This document shows, in pieces, positions 50,901 through 62,900 of a DNA stretch of 64,000 nt; position 1 is the stretch's first letter, and every line of letters starts with the position of its first letter. The position numbers and the translations under genes are program-made. The notes beneath the pieces were generated by a model. The model had not been told where the DNA came from. It was given only the letters and a program-made list of their open reading frames with translations, and searched no databases. The DNA comes from Haliotis rufescens (Eukaryota): the NCBI RefSeq assembly GCF_023055435.1, contig NW_025963780.1:21452001-21516000 (forward strand). The letters are read 5' to 3'.

Positions 50901-53900
50901 TTCCCCTCCTTTCATCTTGCATTTCTATAAAGTCCCCTTGCGATGATATATGATTGGATTTCTTCAGAACCACCAATTATGTCATCAATAATAAATCGCA
51001 ATTTGATCAAAGGTTCATCTATGTTCTGACAATTTATGCTTGTAACTATGTCAGTAAATATTGCTTGAAGTCGCATTTAGAAGTATTGCAGCAAATTGCA
51101 GGTGACAATTACGTTGCCAGTTTTGAAACTACATGTATCAACATGACTTATCATGTAGGAATTTTACATGTGTAAATTGATGTTGCAATGTACAAACTAT
51201 ATATTGGCCTTCGTACAAATGAACTTTGACCTTGACTTTGAATTCTTCAAAGACGCTACATTCCAACTCCTCAAGGGCCTTGAACCTGGCAAAAAGTACA
51301 AGGTCATGGTCACAGCAGACTATGGGGACATCAAGAGTAAACCTAGAAATGCCTCTTTTACAATGGGTAAGTCAAATGTTGTGCATGTCAGTTATATTTG
51401 ACATAAAGTTATATATTGCTTTACAAATTACACACTTTTGGATATCATATTAATTATTCAAATAACTTCTTTACTAATTATCTTCACAGCTTTTTCAGGG
51501 GACACCTCAGGTTTAGGTGCTGGAGACATAGCGGGTATGGTTGTAGGTAGGTGTAATGTTTTTCATTCATTAGAAGTCTAAGTCCCTAGGAATATCGAAT
51601 ATCAGTTCATCCGTTTTGTCGATATTAATATTGTGACGAGTAGAATTATGCCAGGACTATAAAGTAAAAAAAAGAAGTCTAAATGATATGTCGAGTCAAA
51701 AGATTTCGAGTTTACGAGGTTAACCTGCATCCTGTTAGTTGTTTTAAGAAATTACATTTAGTACTAACTACTAAATGACTTTATCGCGCGTATCAAAACC
51801 ATTGGCTAATTACGTCCGTAACACAATCACCCCTCGTAACTCAATCACCCCCGGTCACCACTCTGCACCGTGCCAGGGGAATATTCCCGCGCGAGCATCA
51901 TCCCGCCTTTTGTTAGTCCATCATTCGCGGACATTCCTTCTTCAAGTACACACGCGTTCACTGTATCTAATCGCTTTCGCTTTGTACGTTTCCTTTGTAC
52001 CCAGTCGCGACCGTTTTGCCGATTACGCTTTGAATACCATCTATTCAAACACTCGCCAAATCGCATTTACACAATCGCGACCGTTTCGTCGATTACGCTT
52101 TGAATACCACCTATTTCAGCACTCGCCGTATCGCATTTATTCCGTTCTACTCCCGAACTTCATCCTCGGGACATTTTTACACTTGTGGAGTACCAACTAA
52201 CCACCTCGACCTTTCGTGATGCCTCCCAAGAGAAGAGCAGCCGTCAACCACAAGCTTGTGAGGGGAGCCAAGCAGGCCAGGACAACCAGAAGACAAACCT
52301 CGGGAGTACACATTATGCAGGAGGCAACAGCTGATGGTGAGTCTTCCAATTACGGAAATATCCAAGGTGGCAACAGAATTAACGTGCAATCGGCGCAGCT
52401 TGTAAATGCCGCGCAGGCTGCCAACTCGGCTACCCAGGTAAACGAGCAACTGGAAAAAATACTCCAGTTGCTGGAACATTCAGCGCCCAGCCCGGTTAGC
52501 GCAAACCAACAGGTAAGGCTTGGTTTTAGTTCTCACGCCATTTCGCCCAACATAGGGAGAATCCCCGATGCGCACAACGAGGCCGACGGTGACGCGGCTT
52601 GGCCAGCCAATCAGAACGCAGGATACGGGGATTCCCTATCCTTCCGTGCGGATGGAATAGACGCGCACGTCAAACAACAGGTGAGGGAAAAATTCTGGCG
52701 TGGCGAGTTTGTCGACCTCGGCACAATCCTACCAAACACCTAGGGAAGTCACAAGGACGGTACGATTACCATGGCGTACGACTCCTCAGGTAAGATAATT
52801 TTTAAACCAATAAAGCAGCAACCAAAGCGCCTGTACCTGGCAAGCTGGACTTCAGCTTTCCACATTTTCATGTATATCTATGTTAGTAGGCACTCCGAGG
52901 TCCGCACAACCCAGGGGTTGCTGTCCTACATGGAAACCATAAGAACGGCGGCTCTTCGATTCGGGTGGGAAGCCTGGTCAATCTACGACCAACAATTCCG
53001 ACACAGAATGTCAAGGGACCCCTCACGACGCTGGGACAACATTGACGGGGAGTTGTGGCTGAAGTACATGGTCACACAGCCGGTACGACAACCAGAATCA
53101 GGCGGACGGGGCGCAATGACACGCGTACAGGGGGACATCGCTAGTCAGGTATGCTGGGATTTCAATAAACTTGGTTGTAGCAGGGTCAACTGCAAGTACA
53201 CTCACAAATGCGGTAAGTGTGGCAAACATTCCCACAGCTCTAGGACCTGCTTTCGATGGGAATGGGGTCCAACCGACCCCATACAAGCCCAATCAGCCTT
53301 TCCCTAACAGAAAACCAGCCGTCAAGGCAGGTAATTTCAATGGCCCCTTCCCCCGTGGATCTCAATGAAATAGCACCCTGGTTACGCCAATATGCTAGGG
53401 TCAATTACAGAGATGCAAATTATTTATGGGTAGGTTTTAGCTTTGGCTTTAAGCTCGAGTTCCAGGGCAGCTGCATGGGTCGCCTGGCACGAAACTTGCG
53501 ATCAGCCACGCACCAAGACACGGCATGCTACGTGAAACAAAAACTACAAAAGGAAGTCGACCTTGGCGGGATGGTGGGCCCCTTCAAGGACACCCCCCTG
53601 GACAACCTCCAAGTATCCCCAATAGGCCTGGTGCCCAAGAAGCAGCCAGGCTATGGTCAGCATCTGGGTAAGCATGCGGAGGAATTCCGTCTAATTCACC
53701 ATCTATCCTATCCCAGGGGTAAATCTATAAATGACTTCATAGACACAGAGGCCTGCTCCGTTGTGTATGCCAGATTTGATGAAGCTACGCATATGGTTCA
53801 ACAACTGGGAAAGGAAGCACTACTAGCAAAATTCGACATTCAGTCGGCCTTTAGAATTATACCAGTCCACCCATCCGATTTCGAGCTACTAGGCATCAGA

Positions 53901-56900
53901 TTCGAAGGTGAGTTCTATTTCGATAAATGCTTACCATTTGGCTGCTCCATATCTTGCGTCATATTTGAAACGTTTAGTACCTTCTTGCAATGGTGCATGC
54001 AATTACATCTTCCAACGTGTCAGATCATGCATTACCTGGATGACTTCCTAACTGGGGGCACAGCAGGCACCAGCTACTGCTCAGACAACCTCAACGGATG
54101 CGTGAATACACTGGAACAGCTTGGGGTCCCTATTGGGCACGACAAGACGGTGGGCCCCACGACCAAACTGACATTCTTAGGGCTGGAAATCGACACCAAT
54201 GCAATGCAGATCAGAATCCCAGAGTCGAAGATCAAGGAGGCGACAAGGGAAATCCAAGACATCCTGTCAACAGGTAACATCAAGGTCACAAAAAGGGCCC
54301 TTCAGTCCCTCATAGGCAAGCTTAACTTTATGTGCAGGGCTATACCAATGGCAAGGGCATTCAGCCGAAGGCTAATCGATCTGCTTAGCAAAGGTAAGCA
54401 ACCATTTCACCATTAGGATTACCAGCTGGGTCAAGGAAGACCTACAAATGTGGTTAACATTTCTTACGAGTTATAACGGCATTTCAGTGTTTCAGGACCA
54501 ACTATGGGTAGACAGCGATTTCCTCCAGCTGTTTTCAGACGCAGCGGGTGGTGCCAGCTTTGGGGCCTACATGCAGGGCAAATGGTTTAACGGCGCATGG
54601 CCAACCCAGTGGGTGACGGATGGAACTACATGGGACTTGACGCTCCTGGAGCTGTTCCCCATCACACTGGCAATCCAACTTTGGGGCAAGCAACTCGCAA
54701 ACAAAAAGGTCCTCTTTTACTGCGACAACCAAGCCGTCTTAGCAATAATCAACAAACAGTCGACCAAGGCCCCCAGAGTGATGAGCCTACTCCGTCGCCT
54801 AATCCTGCAGTGCCTCCGATATAATATTATGTTTAAGGCAAAGTATGTATGTTCCACTGCTAACACTATTGCCGATGCTCTCTCGAGGTTTCAGCTCAAA
54901 TGCTTCCGAGAGGGAGCACCAGCCGCGGACCATAACCCCACACCTATCCTGTGCAACATATGGCGGATCTGAGGCAGGAAGCCGGCAGACTCCTTCAACA
55001 ATCTCTGTCTACAAATACATGGACCACTTACCAAACAGGCATCAATGCCTTGCACCAGTTCCGGTCCACACACCAGCTACAAGAGGTGTGGCCAGTCCGG
55101 CTGGATCAGGTCGTAAACTTTATTGCTTATCTGTCAGTCACTCACCACTCCCCTAACACAGTCAAGACTTACATTCACACCACAAATTCCACGGGCTCAC
55201 CGACTGTACAAACCATTTCCTGGCAGGCAAGATTTTAACAGGCCTACACAAATCAGCGGGCCGACCAGACACCAGAAAACCGATCACTGCAGAACTGCTG
55301 CAGGTAGTAACCAACAATCTGCCTCACGTATGCTCATCAGCATATGAAGCCAGACTGTTCAAGGCAGTCTACTGCACAGCCTTCTTCGGCTTCTTTAGGG
55401 TTAGCGAACTGGTCCAAACTGGACCCTCAAAAACAGGTTGCGCCATCCAGAATTTAAGCTTCTTGGGCAACCCCCAGCAGCTTTCAATCCATTTACCACA
55501 CTCAAAGTCTGATCAGTACAGGATGGGGATAACAGTTACAATGTCATCGATACCAGGTAATCCGCTATGTCCGGTAGTCACCATCAAGCACTCCTTCCGC
55601 ATTGGGGCAGCCACATCAGCAGCCATGAACGGGGTGCCCGAACACCTCATACAACAATACGGCAGGTGGAAATCAGATTGCTACAATGCTCACATACGCT
55701 TACCAACAAATTCAATGTTACACAATTAATTCAAATAGTCTTTCATGGTACTTACTACACTTCTTATTGTTTACAGTTTCGATGGTGGGATCCAGCTACA
55801 TGGCCAGGGCACGGCAGTACTTGCTCCTGAAGGGCACCAGTCCAAACCAACCGAGGATGCTATGGCTGGCACGAGGGGGGATGATGTGGAAGGAGCTGGA
55901 CACCATTCTGGATGCACAGGTCAAGGCGACACGGCGCACCCCTAGAGCCCTAATCATTCACCGGGGCTCCAACGACCTGTGCTCGGTCAAGGGCAGCCAA
56001 CTCTACCTTGACATGGTGGCATCAATCCTTAGGATACAACTCCAGCTTCCTGGCACCAGGATCATTGTATCCTCAATTCTGCCCAGGCGCTACTGGCACG
56101 ATGCCAGGGATCCACTAAAGATCGAGGGGATGCGGAAGAATATCAACCGCTGACTGGCCAACCGAGACAAAGAGCTCGGCGGTACAATGGTGCCACATCC
56201 CCAGATCCTGGCATCAGACAAGACATGGCACCACAGTGACAAAGGATTGTGTGTGTTTACGGACAATTTATTGCATGCCCTGGCGCTTGTTTTGTGCCAG
56301 TAAGGATGTTATCTCCACAGGTTAGTTAGTGTTTCTTTTCAGTACATAGGCAAGCGGGACAAAAATGCTATCTCCACGTATCGCGTGGCCGTGGGTGTGG
56401 GGTAGCACTCTGGTGCTTTGTGGCGGGGTTCTTGTGGGCTACACTGCTAGTGACGAATTAACTTGCTTCCAAATTAATACTCGTGCTTAAGGCTACCTGC
56501 TTTTCAGGGGGAACCTTGTCTTCCCCGACTTTTCCTGCCGGGGAATCGTAAAATAACATACGTTGGGGCAAACAATTGCCACGTATATGGGCCTGGCGGC
56601 GGAAGTCGTCTTGTCAAGCGCTAGCTGACAGTTGGGTCCGCGGCGGTAGTCGCACAATGGTTTTTCTAATGGGGCCAGGCAGTGGAATCGCCGTTGGCCA
56701 CGCTAGTGGCCATTGCAACGGTAGCATTTTGGTATACACAATTAGCAGCTTAGTAGCCCACTAGTACCTGCACACCCTCGGCCTTAAAACCCAATCTCAT
56801 CTTCTGTTTTTATTATAGGCACGGGCATCCACGGCTCGGTGGCCCGTGCCTCTCCTTGGCATATCGTGGGATAATTACATTAAGTACTAACTACTAAATG

Positions 56901-59900
56901 ACTTTATCGCGCGTATCCAAACCATTGGCTAATTACATCCGTAACCCAATCACCCCTCGTAACCCAATCACCCCTCGTAACTCAATCACCCCCGGTCACC
57001 ACTCTGCACCGTGCCAGGGGAATATTCCCGCGCGAGCATCATCCCGCCTTTTGTTAGTCCATCATTCCCTGACAGTCCTTCTTCAAGTACACACGCGTTC
57101 ACTGTATCTAATCGCTTTCCCACCCACCCACGCAGCTTCCCACTCCTTTTCTTTCCTTTTCAGCCTGATGTGTCCTCTTCACCTGGAATGCTAATCACTT
57201 CTTTTCTTCAGCGTTTATTCAATTACAGGTACCAGCAGAGCAGATTGTATATATGTAAATAACCTGTACATATGTAAAATAGGTTTTCAGGGCGCTTGTA
57301 TATATGTACATACCTTTTAAACGATTCTGATATATGTTAAAAAACATGACTTATAAATAGCTGTATATATGTATATATGCGAATACCTGTCTCAACAATA
57401 AACTATGTCGAGGTGTGCGGGGTTCTTGTGGGCTACACTGCTAGTAACGAATTAACTTGCTTCCAAATTAATACTCGTGCTTAAGGCTACCTGCTTTTCA
57501 GCTGGAACCTTTCCGGGGTTACCTGCTTCTCAGTGGGAACCTTGTCTTTCCCGACATTTCAGCCGGGGAATCGTAAAATAACATACGTTGGGGCAAACAA
57601 TTGCCACGTATATGGGCCCGGCGGCGGAAGTCGTCTTGTCAAGCGCTAGATGACAGTTGGGTCCGCGGCGGTAGTCGCACAATGGTTTTGCTAATGGGGC
57701 CAGGCAGTGGGATCTGCTTTGGTCTACTACCTGGGGCCGGGCAGCGGTAGTCTGACTTAGGCCAGCAGTGGGGAGCTGCTTTTGGCAGCGTGGGAGTTGC
57801 CAAGCAATGGTAGGGTTTGAATATGCTACCGTGGGGGCCGGACAGCGGTAGCAGTCTCAGGCCAGCAGCGCTAACTGCGAATCGCCGTTGGCCACGCTAG
57901 TGGCCATTGCAACGGTAGCATTTTGGTATACACAATTAGCAGCTTAGTAGCCCACTGGTACCTGCACCCTCGACCATTTAACCCAATCTCATCTTCTGTT
58001 TTTATTATAGGCACAGGCATCCACGGCTCGGTGGCCTGTGCCTCTCCTTGGCATATCGTGGGATAACTATGTATTATGTTATTTCTATAATATCACAATC
58101 ACGTGGGGATTCCGGATTAGAATGGGATGAGTGAGTAAGTGAGCATGGTTTTCGCCGGTTTTAGCAGTATTCCAGCAAGATATAGGCTTCACACATTGTA
58201 CTCTTGTGGGGAATAAAACCCAGGTCTTCAGCGTGACGAGCGAACGCTTTAACCACTAGGCTACCCAATCGCCCCGGATTAGAATTGGTCCTCTGCAGCC
58301 TGTTGTAAGAGGCGAATAAATAAATCCCTTTTACTGAAATTCCAAAGACACCTTCCTTCAAAGAAAGCCAGACGACTCTTGCAGAAATGTTTTTGGATCA
58401 GAATAAATACCAAGGCCTTAGTAAGCTTTCCCTTGTTGGTATGGTAGACATGTGGAGGACATTTCCAGCTATGACGCATCAATGAATGCACCGTGAATAT
58501 TGGAATATTGCTGACTTCGGCGTTCAACAAAACAATTATGATAGCACTATAAAACTATAATAGGATACTGTAATTATTGCTTTAAAATATCAACACCTCA
58601 AACATGTACGAACCTTGATCATTTTTCTTTTCTTACCATTGGTGATATTAATCCTAGCTGTCCTTGTCATTGGCCTGTTTATGTGGAGGACGGGCAAGAT
58701 GGTGGCGTTGATCAATCGACGTCAGAGCAGACACAAAGGACGTCAGAATCCCAACACTCAGAAAATCTACAATAACCTTCAGAGACCTCGGAAGGGCACA
58801 GTGTCCTATCATGTAGGTTTCTTCAGTCACAGGCATGGACGTTAGACAAACGAATGTTTCACAGGGAGAGTTTGTAAGGTTTAACGCTGTTTGGAAAGTA
58901 TCTCGTACTTACGTTATATCACGTCCAAGATTATTGCACTTATATAGCACGTGCATGCACGTGTGTGTGTGTACGTGTGTGGCTGCTTGTACTAGTCCGG
59001 ACTGATGCCAATTTATAGTGCTAGCACACTGAGATACCATGCTGCAGTTTAACATGAATACCCCACTCAGACACAGTATACTGACTCCGAGCCGACCAGT
59101 CCTTGTTTTAGCCCCTTAGTGCCGAGCGCCAGACAGGGTAACAACAAGTACCATCTTTTAACGTTTTTTGGTATGACGCGGCCGGCCGGGATCGAACCCC
59201 GGACCTTCCGCTCTACCACTAGACCACCACGGAGGCGGTCTCACGTGACTGCTAAATACTGGAAAAGGTGATGTACGTCCCAGACGTTTACCCAAAACAC
59301 GGACATGCTGCTGACAAAATTAGAATAAAAGACAGGCAAATCTGGGATTCGAACCTATGGCCAGCAGTAAAACGACTCATGACAGGATGTGGTTAATTCT
59401 AATAGGGAATGTGATTGTAACATTTACAAGTATATAAACCATGACATGAAAGAGCCAAACAGCGGCTGTTTGTCTGGCAGCCATAATCATAGATAATGTA
59501 TCATTATACTCCGACGTGGGACGTTGTTTATTATGTCAATCGCTGGTTTGTCTGGTCCAGACCCAAACAAAGGCTAAACTCGCTTTGTAAAAGAAGGCTG
59601 TGGTCTTAAAACATGGATCCTCGATAGCGAGATGTAACATTCAAATAAGCAATATACTAGCTGAATACAAAAACGGGAACGAACTGCACGTATGTCACCT
59701 ATATTCCATTCATTATGTGTACTATTATGTGTACTATTTATTATGTGTACTGTTATGTGTACTATTTATTATGTGTACTTTAACATTGATGTGTACTATA
59801 TGGTGTACTATTATGTTTACTATTCATTATGTGTACTATTATGTGTACTATTTTTATGTGTACTATCATGTGTATTATTTATTATGTGTACTTTAAATTT

Positions 59901-62900
59901 ATGTGTACTATTATGTGTACTGTTATGTTACTATTTAGGAAGTGTACTTTATGTGTACTATTATGTGTACTATTATGTGTACTATTTAGGAAGTGTGCTA
60001 TTTATTATGTGTACTATTACGTGTACTATTTATTGTGTGTACTATTATGTTTACTATTATGTGTGATATTATTTAACATCGGCAAGTGAAATTTGTTTCT
60101 TACTCAATTTGTGACTACATGTTTATTTTCTCTTCAGAACAAAACATATGAAGTTGACGACGACATCTATGTGTACGGCAGCATGTCGTTCACGGCGGAG
60201 CAGCCTTGGTATATCCCCAAGGACAATCTGACGTTGATGGAGGAGATTCACACTGGCAGATTTGCACGGATTTACAAGGCGTCTCACAAGACTGGCAAAA
60301 CATCGAGCGAGATGGCAGCCAAAGTGTTGAAAAGTGAGACATGCAAACACTGTCTGGATGGTTGTTCAGATAAAGGATTTTGGTGGTTGTGCAGTTGGAC
60401 TGTTGTTGTTCTTCTTATTTGTTTCTTGTTCTTTTGTTTGTTGTTGTTTTTTAGAGGTTTCTATGGGGCCGTCGTGAACAACAAGAAACTGGAGGTTTCA
60501 TCTCGGTAGCCCTGGGTGTTTGCGTTTGAGTTTCGCCTTTTAGTCGTGCCAGGATCCACTGACCATGGGTCTAAACTGTTCTAAATCTAATTCTTGCTTT
60601 TTAACTCCATTCGCCTGCCTTTCACCAAAACTGTAGATATTTGAGACCTGAGCGAAACGTAAATCATTTGCTTTTTGATCATCACTATAGTGCAACGCCA
60701 ATGCTCAAGGGCTGTTCATTTTCGATTTTTTGTGATTGTAAGAAAAGGGACACGGAACAAAACAGAAGAGAAGATACAATTGTACACCCACGAAGCCTCG
60801 TTAAGTTACACTGATAACATCGATTGTGCAGCCAGTGAGCATGTCGGAGGCTGCTGTCGTGAAGGTCACTATCACCATAGCCTTAGAACCCGTACCACGA
60901 CATAGCAGGACCATTTGAGACATGAAATAGGCTTGTGACAGGCTCCTAGCGATGAATCATTAGACACACATTTTTATCACAGAAACACCAGATGAAGAAA
61001 ACAGTTTACTGATGATGGCCAAAATCAACTTTGCTGCAACACAGGTCGGGGAACATCGCAACGTTCTGGGATTTCGGGGCGCTATTCTCAACAACGATGC
61101 TCGTAAGTGAAAACGTAAACGACTAACACCTCTCCATAAGTACCAACGGTAACATGGAATATATACTGGTAAAACCAACTGAGGGATCAACAGCATATTA
61201 CAACCTGATCGCCCTGATTGTTTCTAGGCGATAGTACACTTTTGGGTGTAGATGGCAAAAAAAGAAATGGGCGGAACAGGCCCATTAACTTCGTTTTCAA
61301 GATAGAAAAATTGGAAATGATGGCCTGATCATGCTTCCTTTATTTATAATCGTCGAAATTGGTTGGCGTGAAAGTTAACGTGACGTGACATCCTTTCTGC
61401 GACCAATGCAGAGAAGTGTGTATCGGAGTGAAATATTTGATTGTAATTAGATTGTAGCTTTATTCTCTTCCAGTGGGACCTGTGCTGGTGTTAGAGTACT
61501 GCGAGAACGGACAAATGGACAAATGGCTGAGAGACCACAGAGACAATGTCAACGTGGACACCTTGGAGAGGATTCAGAGCTTTGGATTGGGTATTGCCAG
61601 AGGAATGGAATACCTGGCCATTAAAGGGATATGTCACGGCGCGTGCTGATCTCCTGAATAAGCTTGCTAAATGTGCAATTTGTATCATGATCGTAGGTTT
61701 CCATTTTGAACGTCCAAGGCCTGAATCCCTTCCACAAGCTGAGCCTTGATATAATCGAGAAGTTGAAATCGTGTTGAAATCTGCATTAAAGCCCCATTGT
61801 GATATGTCTGGTCTCTCCTAGCGCCATCAACCCTCCGAATGATTGAGTCTGGCCAATGTTAACAAGGGTAGCTGACTATAAATTGTCAACCCGAAAGCGA
61901 AACGATAAGATGGCGCGTACCTTCCTCACCATTCGCAGCTGCCCTTAACCTACAAGAAGACCCCTACCGATCAATGTAATCTGCGAAAACCAAGCCGAAT
62001 ACCTTAATCATAGGTATTTATATGTACAAACGCAAGAAAAGTGTGCATCTTAAGTGACAGTCACAATTGTTTCACGATACTGAATAACACGTGGATGTAA
62101 AACGTTTTAAATAAATACATGTAAAGATACGTGTACGTGTAGTACAACAGGTTGACCTCTACTTTTTGAAATGCCTGTTTGCGTGGAGACCGGCTCAAAA
62201 TGAAAAATATTTGCCACGTGAGGGTCCACGTAAGAGGGTCCGTTTTATGTTCATGATCACGAATCATGGCGAGTGTCGTTTATTAAGAGTTGCTGAGCTA
62301 TTTAAACAATTCATGTATAACAATATAATCTTAATTGTATTTTTTTCGGGGTGGGGGTGGGGGTGGGGGGTGGGGGGGGGGGGGGGGGGGGTGGGTCTTT
62401 TGCTTTTACACACTGAAAGAAATATTACAGAGCTTTATCACGACATCCTTGAAATAATATTGGCCAAACAAAGCAGTGGTTGATTGCAAAAACATCACCC
62501 CTCGCCGTCTGGCTTAGATACAAGCAGCCAAGTCAGAGAGCTTGACCACCCGATCCTCGTCTCTGCTATTCTGGCCTGAAATCTCCACAGATTAACAAGC
62601 TAGTTGTGTCACAATCATATGTATTTCAATAAGAATGCGAAATATTGATGCCATACGTCTATAACAGGATACAACTTTAACTGTCTAAATTAAAACATTT
62701 TTAGGATCGAATCCCTGTGAAGTGGACGGCTCCATAGTGTCTTCAGTCTCTGAAGGTAGCCAACGAGAAGAGTGACATCTGGTCCTTTGGCATCACTATG
62801 TGGGAGATCTTCAGCATGGGTAGGTTTCTAAATCTGAAAATGCCCTTCTCGTCTTTTCAAAAGTTTTGTTTCTTGTAATGATTTGTTTGTTGACACCGCA

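Larger units (their letters stand above)
51750..58066 (+). mobile_element. Full-length Ngaro-type YR retrotransposon, copy 2, with split direct repeats A1-ORFs-B1-A2-B2 (inactive)
   Basis: A1 51750-51978 matches A2 56873-57119; B1 56423-56874 matches B2 57417-58066; gag, RT-RH, YR and SGNH ORFs; no TSD, only a shared AA at the junctions. Confidence 0.95.

Noticed and set aside
56423-58066. Canonical hammerhead ribozyme in the Ngaro B repeats
   Set aside because: No CUGAnGA...GAAA core found by eye; other ribozyme classes were not excluded.
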